Source: Callorhinchus milii
Lineage: Eukaryota
Direction of reading: 5' to 3'
Length of the DNA stretch: 64,000 nt
Assembly: GCF_018977255.1 (NCBI RefSeq)
Contig: NW_024704742.1
Location: 95,668,001-95,732,000, forward strand
The translations under genes were made by a program, and so were the position numbers. Every line of letters starts with the position of its first letter. Position 1 is the stretch's first letter. The notes under the pieces were generated by a model. The model was not told the DNA's origin. It saw only the letters and a program-made list of their open reading frames with translations, and made no database searches. Positions 37,741-51,110 of the stretch are shown in pieces.

Positions 37741-38070
37741 AAGATAATAATCTAACAACAACTACTGTTAAAGCCACGGTTCACAGCGTTCTATAAAAAT
37801 AATTACTTTGAAGCGTAGTGATTGCCTTTATTGTAAGCAAGTGTGGTGGATGTAATCCAATGGCATCTAAAAGATACTAGCTGCTTGACTGCCAGAAAAA
37901 TACCTCCCCCCACATGTAAGCAGAAAGATATTTTACTTGTGCAAATATTAGCCTGCAATAATTATAAACATAGTCCTAATTTTATTGTTCCCAAGCAGTT
38001 GAAGAGCTGAGTGAGCAAAGTTCCAACCATTTGGTCTTAGACATAGAGATAACACTGAGCAACTTATCAT

Positions 38071-38418
38071 GAAACATTAGGCAAGTTTCCTTACTCCACA
38101 CGCCTCTGTTTACCTAACAGACAGTAGGAACCTGGTTGTTAGTCAATTGGCAATCGCTTTTCCGGGGATACTAATCTCTTAAAAAAAAATTATTTGGTCA
38201 CTTCAATCCATGACTGTTTGGACGTCCTCCTGACATGAAAGGCACTATATGAATGTAATCTTGTTGTTGTTGTTGTTTGTGGGGTACTGCTGTGCGCAAT
38301 TGATTTGCCCACAAAATATAATCGATTCATTTTGCATTATGTTCTGCAAGCACTTTGAGACATCTTGAAGAAGTGATAAAGTACTATATCAAATGCAAGG
38401 ATTATTATTATTATTATT
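38071..38418 (+). mobile_element. Headless long-subfamily SINE with an L2-tail fragment inserted (about 38218-38277)
   Basis: Body starts at gaaacattaggcaagtttccttactcc; ggacgtcctcctgacatgaaagg...(gtt)n interrupts gactgtttg|tgggg. Confidence 0.8.
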
Positions 38419-39729
38419 ACAATCTGATGGAGTTACTTGGATATATGTTGTCACATATTTAGATGCAGGGTAAAGCCCCTTCTACTTAGCCATGACACCA
38501 GACTCACAAGAATTCCCAGTCATCAATCCAACATTGCAAACTGAACACCTTGGACATTTATATCATGGACTACATTGTTCAGTTCATGAAATAATAGCCA
38601 TCAGACATGATTTTATAAAGGAATTTAATTTTCACATATGGGGGTGATTAACATCAGTCACTATCAGCATCTCCTGTTGGTATTAGGAAAAGCATCGGAC
38701 TGGAAGTAGATCATATGAGAGCAGAGTTTCTGGAGGGCATCATTACAAATAAAAAAACTTGCAGATGTTATGGCACCTTTGACATGCACAAGATGTTTTA
38801 AATTGCTTCACAGTGTAGTGACTGTGTATGTTGTAGGCAAAAACTGCAGCCATTTTGCACACAGAAACATCGCACATAAAGTGAATAACCCATTTTATCT
38901 GGGGGATTGATGACCAGGACACTGGGACAACTCCCTTCTCTTTTCAATTAGTTAACGTCTATATGAACAGACATAAGAGTACTCAGTTTAATGTCTCATT
39001 GAAAGGACGGCATAAATCACAAAAATTACAGCATAATAGAACCCCATGGTGAAACACTTCCAAACGTTTTGAACGTGATAAGGAGCTATATCGAGTGCAA
39101 GGATTATTACAGTACTGTATCAATTTTTTCAATAATCTAGTATTAATACAATATTATTTAGTTCAAGGGATGAGGTTGTAAAGTTACATATGGCAATACC
39201 CTTTCATGTCTGGGTACTCATTACTTATTTGTTTTTCAAAGTAAAACACAACATATGCAATCGGCCATCAAGCCTGCTCTTTCCAACAGCTTTTGTGCAA
39301 TTTGCTCTATCACGAACTCTACCCAACGTATTTAATCTCCTGAGGGAACTGAATAATCACAGGTACAACTTTCAAGAAGACAAAGCTCTGTGAAATTTCT
39401 CCCTGACCCCCAAAGGTAATTGCGCAAAACTCCAGGATATCAATCTAACATTACAAGCCACATTAGTCAACCCTGACCAGCTGCATCCACAGATGACATT
39501 TCTACAGTCTCAACAGCAGAGCAGCTATAGTGTTCCATCTATGTCTGCACTTGTCCTTATAACCTTCACTCCTGCTTTAACCACATATTTATCCAGCTCT
39601 TTTTAAAAGATGTTAATCAACTGCTTTTGAGGGGCACCAATGCAGCAAATCGTTGCTATGGTTTTGAGAGATGAAGTAAAGTGCATGTGGGTACATTATT
39701 GACAAACTTTAGCACCTTTTATTAATTGT

Positions 39730-39895
39730 AGTGGCCTTATCCACGCTTTGTTACTCCTACCTCGATTGCTCAAATGCATTCCTCGCTGGTCTCCCCAGTT
39801 ACGCCATCCATAGGGTCCAGCTATTCCAAAACTCCTCCGCCCATACCCTTTTCCACACCAAACTCTGTGTACCCGTCATCCCTATCCTCGACATG
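39730..39895 (+). mobile_element. L2 ORF2 fragment
   Basis: LDCSNAFLAGLP...RVQLFQNSSAHTL matches the L2 segment RLDY.N.LL.GLP...LQ..QN.AAR. Confidence 0.75.
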
Positions 39896-39974
39896 CTGTT
39901 GTGTGCATCTATTGGAAGTCCATATACACTACATCATATGGCTAACCACAATCAATTTCGGCTGTTATCTACTC

Positions 39975-40150
39975 AAAAAAGCCTATGAGGTTGGTTAGAC
40001 TAGACCTATCTTTCTGAACCCATATTGACTGTCATTTGTTAGAATATAATAATAATAATTGTTATTATTAACATATATGTATACGAGTCATCTTCAGCTT
40101 ACTTTCTGATGATTGACTCCATATATTTTGCAATTATTGAGGTCAAGCTA
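39975..40150 (-). mobile_element. CR1 RT fragment
   Basis: Minus strand translates SQYGFRKDRSSLTNLIGFF (compare SQHGFTKGKSCLTNLLEFF in the young CR1). Confidence 0.7.
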
Positions 40151-40189
40151 TGGGTCATACATAAGTTCACATTATGTGCCACAATATTA

Positions 40190-40440
40190 ATAATAATCCT
40201 TCCATTTGATATAGTGCCTTATCCCATCTTTGAGATGTCACAAAGAACTTTGCAGAATATAGTATAAAGTGAATTGACTGCCAATCGACTAACAACTGGG
40301 TTTCTACTTACTGCAAGGTAAACAACGACATATGGAGTAAGGAAACTTGCCCAACGTTTTGCGCTGCCGGAATCAATTCCAGGTCTTTCGTTTGCGAGGC
40401 TCTCACCACTGAAGCTCTCACCACTGAGCTACAGGACTCC
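40190..40440 (-). mobile_element. tRNA-Ala-derived SINE, long subfamily, internally deleted
   Basis: Tail joined directly to the module (ccaatcgactaacaactggg...); head ends ggactcc; local duplication gctctcaccactga. Confidence 0.85.
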
Positions 40441-40494
40441 AACAACAAATTAACAACAGATTACATTTGAATAGTGCCTTTCACATCAGCAGGA

Positions 40495-40655
40495 CATCAC
40501 ATTATGTGCAGGTGCATATTAGACACTGATTCACATTAAATACTGATTCATATTAAATACTGATTCACAGTATACACCGATTCACTTTATACACGGGTTC
40601 ACAATATATAATGATTCACATTATATACAAGTGCACATTATACGCTGGATCACAG
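40495..40655. repeat. 17-bp minisatellite, about 9 degenerate units
   Basis: Units such as actgattcacattaaat (40525), actgattcatattaaat (40542), actgattcacagtatac (40559), accgattcactttatac (40576) and aatgattcacattatat (40610). Confidence 0.9.
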
Positions 40656-42646
40656 CAGATTTTTCCTCTACTTCAAAAAAGAGTGCTGGTCTTATACTGG
40701 AGGGGGTGACATTTCACTTGCTATTAAAATGTGGTGACTTTGAGGGACCATCCCATTATAAGTATTTAAAGAGCACATCTTCCAAATTGCTCCACTGCCA
40801 AGTGGAATTTCACTGCCTGGATCTCTTGACTGATCTCTGTGGGTGGCTCTGAATTACTCTAGAACACATTAGTCAGCAGATTGGAACAAAAAGGAACTGC
40901 AAACAATTAAAACAGTTTTGTGGGGAATATTTTAAGTGCCAAATTGGCTTATTATAACATATTTTTTCAATAATCAAGAACGATGTTTGCAAAAAAACTA
41001 TGTCTCCTGCAGGTTTAAACCTTTTAAATGGTAGTCTAATAATAATGGCCATGCATACCAGTGATTTATTTCCAAATTAAAGAGGGAGTCTCACTCTCAG
41101 CATGTTGAACGCTTGAGAACAATCCTATTCTGTCTCAAACGTTCATTGCCACATTAGACAGCTTCATTTGCCCATTAACCATCGCTGACCAGGTTATGCC
41201 CGCATGCACAATGGAATGTGTAAAGTCTTGACCTGCTTTATAGGTATAGCAGAGCACAATGCAGTACTGTTTTACTGCCAGGCCACCTATTTGCTGCTGA
41301 ACCAATGTGAGGTTCGGTTGCTTCATACACAACAACCATGCTGGGAAATTTCAAGACTACGTGTAACATAAAGCTCATGGAAGTAACAGATCCTGTGACT
41401 TTATTGGTTTAATGGAGGCCCGACAGATCTCACTTACCTCTCCAACTTTGAAGAAAAGCCCTGAAAGGTCAGTGACTGAGCTGCCTCCCATTGCACATCA
41501 AGCCTTTGGTCCATCTCTGTATCACAGATGAGGTAATCCCCCCACCACCAGCCCAGAAGCATAGAAATCATTGGGGTTTAATGTGTTCTGTTGGTTAATT
41601 ATGGTAAGGTTGTCATTGAATGCTTACATTGGGATTTTCCACCTCAAGCGCAGAACACAATGTTCATTAGAGTTAGGAAAAAGCATGTGTTTCAACCTTC
41701 TGTTCTGTGAAGTATCTGTTATAATAATAATAATAATCTTTGTATTTGATATACAACACAATTTACATTTATCTCGCACCTTTCATGTTGGGAGCATGTT
41801 TCAAAGTGCTTAACACAAGCGTACGTATTTGTTTCTTTAAGTCAATCCCTAACCCACGTGCTCCGATACTCAGCAGATATTCAGTTTTCAGCCATGGAAG
41901 GCAAGCATTTCTGCAGACAACTTGGGTGTGACTGAATTCATAGTTGTCGTTACAGTTAAAAAGAGACAGATCAATCCATCAGACCTATTCAAGAGTCACA
42001 ATATGGGCCAGCTGTTATTGATGGGCCTTGTGCAAAGAGCATACTAAAAGCATCAATTGTTGCTGTATTGGATTGGAAGCCAGATACAATACGAAATGAT
42101 TTTAACCATTTCCAAGGTTAGATTGCTGAAACAGAAACAGTTATGAACTACCACTGAGATTGATGAAACCTTAGGAGTGCGAATGAGTTACATTAGAGAC
42201 AGAAAAGCTTTCGGGGTAGCTTTTCTGTTGAAAGGGTCATCTTTAGGATAGACAGCCTAAAAAGTTGTAGGTTTAAATGTGGTTAGCGACCGCTGTTGAT
42301 TCAGCTAATCCCAGCTGGGTCAGAATTTGGGTCAATAATTGCGCTCAGTGCCTCAGAATTAGCCAGTGTTCCCTGCTGGAAAGTAAATACTGTATCAAGT
42401 GAGAATAGAATTAGTTTCAGATGTGATAATAATAATAAAAATAATCCTTACATTTGATACTGTGCCTTCAGGAGGACGTCACAAAGCACTTCACAGGATA
42501 TACTATTAAGTGTAGTGACTGTGTATTTTGTGCCACAGTTATTTTGTAGACAAACACTTGATGCCCTACCATAGTCAAAGTGGCTGTTAACACTCAACTG
42601 TCAAGATTCTTATAAATAGCAACCACACGAGTAAGGTATTGAGGTG

Positions 42647-43022
42647 ATAATAATAATAATCCTGGCATTTGATATAACGCCTTATCATGTTTTTGAGACA
42701 TCTAAAGAGTTTCACAGATATACTGTAAAGTAAATTGACTGTGTATTTTTTGGGCGATACGTGGCAGCCAATTGCGGACAGCAGTGTCGCATAAACAGTC
42801 ATGCATTGAGTGACCAAATTATTATTATTATCTATTTATTTATGAAGGGATTATTACCCCCGGAAAAGCAATCCACCAATCGACTAACAACCGATTTCCT
42901 ACATACTGCTAAGTAAACAGAGGCATTTGGAGCAAAGAAACTTGCCTAACATTTTACCTTGTCTGGGAATCAAACCCAGTTCCTCTCACTTGTGAGGTGA
43001 GTGCTCTAATAACCAGGACTCC
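42647..43022 (-). mobile_element. tRNA-Ala-derived SINE, long subfamily
   Basis: Reverse complement of the 37359 element, including the internal module. Confidence 0.9.
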
Positions 43023-43217
43023 ATAACCTCCAGAAGAGCTGTGGCACTTTATACTACTGGAGGAAGAGTCAAATCCCTTTAGGAGAGAAGGCAGCAAAGA
43101 GAGTAAATTGGAGGTGAAAAATTGGTAAGGCAGATTTTTTCAATCATTAAAAAAATCATAACTCTACAACTAATATTCTAATGTAAAGCATAGAAAACAG
43201 AAATGAAGATTGAACTC

Positions 43218-43236
43218 TGACCTCTAGATGGCAGCT
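43218..43236 (+). promoter_or_regulatory. Candidate CTCF binding site
   Basis: tgacctctagatggcagct fits the CTCF core CCNCNAGRKGGCRS and lies in unique sequence. Motif match only. Confidence 0.4.
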
Positions 43237-46200
43237 TTATTTCACATTAGAAATGGTTCTCCTTGTAGCTTTGTGCTACACAATCTGTTCGCAGCTATTG
43301 ACATTGGCAAACAGTGAATTAATGCTTTATCTTATTTAACCTTCTCATCTTACTGAACTGGAGGTAGGTGGCTGATGTAGAGATTTAAAAATAAAGTGGT
43401 GGACCTGTAATAAACACATTATTCACTTAGTGCAATTTGTCTGCTTGTACCTCGTTCAACTGTTTGCTGTCAGTGTGCTGAGGAGGTTTCAGATTTTAAT
43501 TCACATTTACCTGAGGTAAACTGGGGGCATATTGCCATGGATAATATGCACTTCCATATGAAAGACAAGCTGTGCTTGCAATTGCATCTGATTAGCTGTA
43601 ACATCACCTTGTGTGCTTCTTAATAGTGGATTTTACGACTTCCCACAAGTCATTTTCCAGTAATAAACCACCAACCTCAGTGTCTCTATTTCATCCGCAA
43701 CATGGCAATAAGTATCTCATTGATGGGGGAAGTCATGCGTAGGGTAATTTTCTGTTTAATGAGAAGTAGCGTATTAGATGACTATCTTTGTGTGAAGAAA
43801 TGGTCATGCAAAGTACATTTATCCAAATATAGGCAGATGGCTATATTAAAGGGAAACTGCAACTTATTTAAAAATGCCCAATGTTGTCAGAATATGCAGC
43901 AGTGTGGAGTCTGTTTCCACTTCTCTTGATACATACTGTGTTGCACTGCATTAACGTTAGCCTGCACTGTCTAACCACAAGGGAGGTGATGGCTCTCCCC
44001 CTTCCTGCAGTGTCTGTGATTCAATTGTATCCAGGTTTCCTGTTGAAAACGATTCCAGGTGGGATGTATTATCAGGAATATCAGGTTGCAACCCACTGCT
44101 CTGGCCAGCCAACGATATGGTGATACCTTGAAATTAAGCACTCCAAATAAAAATATCCCTGTAGCCCAACCCCTGGCAAATATTGCCAATTACCAAGTGA
44201 CAAAATCATCCTCCTTGTGGTAAAAAAGCTCCACAAAATCACAAACGCCACAATAGCACAAACTGATTTTCCTTGTTGACTGAAGCACTATTATGTCCTG
44301 AAAGGAGCAGGATTGTCCTGCAACAATTCATCTTGTGTTAAGTGTCAATCCAAAGAGCGAGGCAGAAAGTTAGTGTTTAGCAACATCTGTCACAGTGAAA
44401 CAGTCCAGACAGTGCAACACTCAACATTGGGGTTAATGTCCAGAAGGAAGGGGCTATGATAAATAGCTCCACCAGGGTGCTGCCCGAATTACTCCAGTAA
44501 ATTAAGGTTGTGTTTTCTTTAAGATAAATTATAGCCCTAACTCTAACCTCTTCTAACGTCAACCATAAATCTGCTTCACCCCAAAATATTAATTTTCTTT
44601 CCGGTTGCAAATTTAAACGTTACATGTTCACTGGTAGATTGTGTCAACCTCTGGGAATGGAGGACTGAGGCTGCATTCATACAGTTCACAGGTGCAGCTT
44701 TCTCTCCAGCACCAGCCCCATTTGCCAAACAAGAAGTGTCAAATATGCAACTTTGTATTGGTGCAGCTAGTGATATCCAAAAAAGGTGGTTTACATGCGT
44801 AAGGACCCACATTGGCTGCAATAAACTAACAGCTGCCATGAAGCATCCACCCTTCACAATTTTAATCACTAAAAAGAGCTGACAATCTCATTAGCTCTTT
44901 GGAATCTTACAGTGCTGACAGACTGGTATCTTCTTCCAATCCCCCACTTTACCCATCCACATATGCACTTTCAGGAAAGGACACTGGAACTGGACAATTA
45001 TCCAAAGCAGGAACCTAGGATGGTTTATTCTCCCCCACTCCCCCAATCCCCCCCCCCCGAGCCATGGGAGGAGGACACTGAGAACTAACTTAGCAATTGT
45101 TATTGGGGCCTGATCATGAGAGAGTGTTAAATCTTCAGAAGAATTATTATCAGGGCACTTGTTGTCTGAAGACGTAAGTGAGGTCGCACTGAATACTTCC
45201 TTCAGATGTACATGTTACATCATAATTACGTGGGTCTGTGAGCACAGGAATGTTCTGCTCAAGCTGTTTGGTGACTAGATTTTAAGAGGTGTAGTATCGC
45301 TTTGCTAATACTGAGATTGTAGCTTGTTAGATAATAATGCTACCCGTATCATTGCATTACAAAATATTGTGATTTAGGCTCCAGTCCAGAAAAAACTAGA
45401 TAACAGGCTGTTGTTAGTGGATTAGTCACTCTCTAGTGCCTTTTCCTGTAAATAGGGCCATTGACAGTTTTGGAGCTTGCTGCTGAACATTTCAGATGCT
45501 AGGTAAATTACCAGACTTTAGTTGTGCATGATACAGAACCAGTGCTTTAATATCAACGACAATCATTCACATCCCTTAAAAATCTTAACCACACATACAA
45601 CACACCTATCTTCAACCAGGAAGGAATGTTGTTACTCAGGAAAAAAACTGCTTTCTTGCACGCTAATGTGAGTTTCCACATTCATTTTCCAAATGATTGA
45701 ATTGATCTGTGCATCTGTTCTATCCTATGGTATGGTAACTATTTTACTTGCTCAGTACTACCACTAACACTGGAGACAGTGGACTGGATTTTTCTTTGTT
45801 GTGATATAAAGTAAATAACAAACTGATCTGGAGAAAGAGGGAAGGATCCAAGAAAGGATGACAGTCTGCCAGCCTTTTTCCCATCTCCCAAAGTTTGTCA
45901 ATTTTTCACCATCATCCCTCCTTCCTTCAGATCATAATAGAACACTGTTCTAGCATGGTAGTGATGATAACAACAAGGTTTTATGTCAGCTGACAGATCA
46001 GATGCAACACAGTGGCATCTTGCCAGTATTATCACAATGGCTATCCCTTGTCAACTGGTCAGAGGCCTCTAAGTCCCCACTACCTGCACTCACACAAAAA
46101 AGAAAATTAATTTACTCTATTGCCAATGGTTGTGTCAGCAGCTAAGTTGCCACTTGGAAATTGACTTGGACTTTCAATACACTGAGTGTGATACTGATAG

Positions 46201-47062
46201 CCAAACACTTTATGGAGGAAAAATTGTGTTTCCCTTGATACAAAAGTTTCAGTATTTTATTTCCTACATTAGCAAAGGGTAAACTACAACAAAATACAAC
46301 CGAAGGAAGCTGTGGCAGAGCAAAATCATATCAAATGGACAGATTCACCTACCTGAATGGAGTGATGCTTCTGTTACATTGAAATCATTTCACACTTACA
46401 GTGAAGATCCTGACACTGATCGTTTACTCTTTTGGTCAATTGGAGCAATGAATGCACTCATCAATAAACAGAAAACACCAGCTCTCAGGATAAACAATCT
46501 AGTGAATTCATCTAGTCTGTCAAGCACTCCTTGTAGACTTTTACATTTAGGCCTCTATATAATAAAATATACAATTTACGCTTTGAGACGTGATAAGGCG
46601 CTATATCAAATGCAAGGATTATTATTATAATGCGATCATACAGTGTATTGTGCCATATAGAAAAATTGTAGAATAACAGATTTCTTAGTCTGCACTTAGT
46701 TTCAGGTCAGATTGACAACTTGAGGAAGGAAGGAATGTTAGCACCTTGTTTGGATTAGAGTATTTGAATCCATTTCAAGAACACAGAGATTTCCTGCTGA
46801 GCTAACTGCCGACTATAACTGCACAAGTGAGGCACATTAACGTCACCACCTCACTGTCACCCGCAGAGCCTCGAGGCCAGGGTTCAGCATGCTACTTCAC
46901 AAAACATGAATCACCAGCGCAACACGTGACTGAGGAGCTCACAGTGCCCACAATTGCCTGTACCACCGGGTTGTTTTGAACTGAAATTTACTGAATCTCT
47001 TAAGCCTGCCGGTGCAAGGTGGGTGGGAAGCTCAGCAGCAAGTAGGAACATAGAAAAAGAAG

Positions 47063-47385
47063 ATAATAATAATAATAATCCTTTCATTTGATATAGCGCT
47101 TTTCACGTTTTCTAGACGTCCCAAAGCACTTCACAGAAAATACTGTAAAGTGAATTGACTGTATATTTGTGGGCGAACACAGCAGACAATTGCGCACAGC
47201 AATGTCCCACAAACAGTCGTGGATTGAAAATGACCAATTTATATTATTGTTTTTTTTTGGAGGGATTATTATTAGGCTCTGTGTGGAGTAAGGAAACTTG
47301 CCCAAGATTTCGCCCTCTGCCTGGAATTGAACTCGGGTCTCTCACTTGCAAAACGAGTGCTCTAACCACTGAGCTACAGGACTCC
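47063..47385 (-). mobile_element. tRNA-Ala-derived SINE, short subfamily, full length
   Basis: Reverse complement of the 19431 element, from the (AAT)n tail to ggactcc. Confidence 0.92.
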
Positions 47386-47489
47386 ATCAAGACTGCTCCA
47401 CCAGTTTGTTAGATCATGGCAGATCTCTTATTTCCATTCCCCAATTTTTCTCCATGTCCCTTAATTACTAACTGACTGACCAGCCAACT

Positions 47490-47800
47490 TCTCAAAGCAC
47501 TTCACAGAATATATTATAAAGTGAATTGACTGTATATTTTGTGGGCGAAACACTGCAGCAGAATGCGCACAACAGTGTCCCCCAAACAGTCATGGATGGA
47601 GTGTCTAATTTTTTTTAAGGGATCATTGCACCCCGGAAAAGCGATCCGCCAAAAAACTAACAACCGGATTCCTATTTACTGCTAGGTAAACAGAGACGCG
47701 TGGAGTAAGAAAACTTGCCTAAGGTTTCGCCCTGCCTGGGAATTGAACCCGGGTCCTCTTGCTTGCAAGGCGAGTGCTCTAACCTGTGATACAGGACTCC
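47490..47800 (-). mobile_element. tRNA-Ala-derived SINE, long subfamily, tail missing
   Basis: Module tactgctaggtaaacagag present; head ends ggactcc at 47800. Confidence 0.9.
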
Positions 47801-48483
47801 AATACACATTTAAACATCCGAGCTGATTCTGCCTGCATGGCCAAATAAATAGGCAGCTTTCAATGCACATCACAACCCTGTGACGAGGTATATTTCTGGA
47901 GCTCTATACTGGTTCTAGCTGTATCAAGACACTGCCCATATCTAGATAATCTTTCTGGAGTTGAGTCAGCTCAATTGAAGTGTGGTCTGGCTGTTCTATA
48001 CAAGGATATCTGCACCAGGTTCCCTTGGCTATGGGTATAAATTCAGTGTGAAAATCTTAATGTAACAAGGACATAAGTACAAACCTATGACTGTGTGCTA
48101 GTTTCATCAGCTGCCAGTCAGTAATACTCAACAGGCTGAGTCCTGATGTTCTGAATTGTTTTGGAGGGTTCTATTAAAGAGAGGGTCATTTTAAATGATT
48201 CCTGCCATGGGAACAGTACGATATGTGTTCAGGTGATCATTTAATATTTTGTTTCTTGGGCTTCCAATATTTCCGTCTCCTCTTCTGAAGGTGCAGCTTG
48301 AATGCTGTTATGGGGGGCAGTGGTGGGGGTGTGGGAGGAGGTGTGAAAGGGGGGGTGGTATTCTGAAAGAATGAGATTGGATGGGCCAAAGGACCTTCTT
48401 CACCCAAACCAATCTTGTGATCTTGTGATCTTTATGACTCAGTGTTGAATTAGCATATTGTGATAGATAGACTGACTGGAGCA

Positions 48484-51110
48484 ACAACCACAACAACAAG
48501 ATTCCATTTATAAAGCGCCTTTCACGTCAGGAGGACGTCCCAAGGCGCTGCACAGTTGGGTCAGGACCCGAGCAGGGGGAAATGGTCAGGGTGAGGGGAG
48601 GGAAGGGAGGGAGCGAGGAGGGGAGAAATGGTCAGGGTGAGGGGAGGGAAGGGAGGGAGCGAGGAGGGGGAAGAGAGTCGAGAGGGGAGCTGAAGGCTCG
48701 GTCAAAGAGAAAGGTTTTGAGACCGGCCGTGAAGGAGGAAAGGGAGGAGGCGGCGAAGGCACTGGAGGATAGAGTTCCAGAGCCTCGGGGCTGAGAGGCT
48801 GAAGGCCCGGCCACCGGTGGTAGGGCGGTTGTGGCGGGGGATGTGGAGCAGACCGGAGCCGGAGGAACGGAGAGTACGGTCAGGTAGGTAGGGGGATAGT
48901 AGGTTGGAGAGGTAGGAGGGAGCAAGGCCGTAAATGGCCTTGTAGGTGAGGATGAGGATCTTGAAATCAATCCTCTGGGGGATGGGGAGCCAGTGGAGGC
49001 GAGCGAGGGTGGGAGTGATGTGGTTGTACCAACACTAAAGGCAAAGGTCTATCAAATATCTGATGATGGTGTGGGACAGTACACGAGCTGCAGAGTTCTG
49101 AATGACCTGCAGCTTGTGGAGGGAGGTGGCGGGAAGGCCGGCGAGGAGAGAGTTCTCATAGTCCAGCCTTGAGGTGACAAAGGCGTGGACCAGGGTTTCA
49201 GCAGCGTGAGGGGTGAGGTAGTGCCGTAGTCTGGCGATGTTCCGGAGGTGATGGAAGGCGGTGCCAGTTGTGGTGCGGATGTGAGGGAGAAAGGACAGCT
49301 CAGGGTCGAACAAAACGCCGAGGTTCCTGACTGGCTTTGAGAGGTGGAGAGTGCAGCCTTGGATGCTGATGGTGTCGGCGCCTGAGGTGCGGAGGCGCTG
49401 ACGTGAGCCAATCAGGAGGGCCTCGGTTTTTCGCACGTTGAGCTGAAGAAAGTTGTCTCTCATCCAGGACTCGATGTCGGACAGGCAGGATGTCAGGACA
49501 TCGGTGGTCGTGGAGTTGAGAGTAGAGGAGGAAAGGTAGAGTTGGGTGTTATCCTGGAGTAGAAGGACGACTTGGCCGAGGCTAGAGTGGAGCGGTAAAT
49601 TTTGAGGAGGTCCAGCCAGATTTGTCGGTGGACCGTTAGGCCAGATTTGACACAGGTGCGTTCAGCAGCCCGCACCTGGCTTTTCAGTGAGCGGAGGTGG
49701 GTGGTGTACCAGGGGGAGGAGCGGGAGTAGGAGACAGTGCGGGAAGTGATGGGGGCAAGAGTATCGAGTGTGGAGGAGAGGGTATTGTGGAGGAGGGAGA
49801 GAGGAGAAGAGGGGTCGGTGAGGGTTGAAGGCCAGAGGGAGAGGAGTTCAGAGGACTCCAAGGCATCGGTTAGGGATTGTGGGGGTAACTTCTTCCAAGG
49901 GCGGTAGAAGATGGTGGTGGGTCTGGTGGAGGTGGGGAGGGGGGTGGAGGTGGTGAAGGAGATGAAGTAGTGGTCAGAGATGGCCTTGTCGGTAATAGTG
50001 ACATCCGAGACACTGAGGCCCCGGGTGATCACCAAATCGAGTGGGTGGCCGTGACTGTGAGTGGGGGAGTTTATGTGTAGGGAGAGGTTGAGTGAGGAGA
50101 GCAGGGAAGAGAAGTCTGTGGAGATGGAGCAGGAGGGGGTGAAGTGTAGGTTAAAGTCGCCCAGGATGATGAGGCGATCAGAGCAGAGGCAAAGAGATGT
50201 GAGGAGTGTTGAAATGTCAGAGATGAAGGTGGGAGAGGTTTTAGGGGGCCGGTAGAGGAGGAGGATTTTAAGGGAGAGGAATGAGGGGTGGGAGAGGGTG
50301 AGGTGCTCAAAGGAGGGGAAAGAGCCAGTGGAGTAGGGGATAGGGCAAGTGGTGTCCTTGAGATAAGGGCAACACCACCGCCACGGCGGTTGGGGCGGGG
50401 GATGTGGTGGGAGGTGTAGCCGGGTGGTGTGGCCTCCGTGAGGGGGAAGGTGTCGCCTGGGGTGAGCCAGGTTTCTGTTAAGGCCATGATATCAACGTTC
50501 TCATCAAGGATGAGATCGTTGATGACCAGGGCCTTGTTGCAGAGGGAGCGGACATTTTGCAGTCCGATGTGGAGGGAGCGGTTGACAGAAGGGTGTGTGA
50601 GAGGGGAGGGGGGTCCAGGTTGTGAGGCAGGGGTGGGGGGGATGGGGATGGGGATGAGGGAGGAGAGATTGACTCCCCGGGTCTGTGTCCGGGGTGGGTG
50701 GCGAGTGTGGTGGGGAATGGGGCAGTCGGTGTGGCTGCTGCTGGACAGCCAACGCCGAGTGCCACGGTGAGCCCGGCGGAGGATTCCCAGGGTGGAGCAG
50801 AGGGAGGTTGTGGGAGGGTCAAGTGGGGATAGAAGACGAGAGGGACGGAGAGAGAGGAGGAGAGAGCGGGAGAGATGCAGAGGGGGAGGGTTTGGGGGAG
50901 AGAGGAGGGGGGCAGGAGGGAGGGGGTGAGGGGGCTCGGGTCAAAGCGGCAGCCATAGTGCGCACGCGGGGACCGGGAGTGAGCGGTCAGGTGGATGGCA
51001 TTATCCCTTAGATTGGGGCAGCCAACCCAACAGGACCATAGTGGGCTCTGATGTGAGCCCTGGGGGGGGGGGCGCAGAGGTTTGTTTTTTGTTGTTGCGC
51101 GCGCACGCAC
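48484..51110 (-). mobile_element. L2-clade LINE with APE endonuclease and C-terminus but the RT core deleted
   Basis: Minus strand: RGVNLSSL...LQNVRSLCNK...ALTETWL...GGGVALI...GDFN...SDHY...PWYT...AKSSFYSR fused near 49552 to DNTQLYLS...NFLQLN...RNLGVLFD...LHWLP; (GTT)n-like tail; ctggagca at 48476-48483 and 51111-51118 as candidate TSD. Confidence 0.93.
48579..48669. repeat. 46-bp tandem duplication in the L2 3'UTR
   Basis: gaaatggtcagggtgaggggagggaagggagggagcgaggagggg starts at both 48579 and 48625. Confidence 0.9.

Noticed and set aside
40495..40655. CRISPR array
   Set aside because: Units are contiguous with no unique spacers, there are no cas genes, and the context is vertebrate.
44011..44058. 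Coding exon after the strong acceptor ctctcccccttcctgcag
   Set aside because: The donor is weak (gtggga), no frame gives a recognisable peptide, and I found no partner exons.
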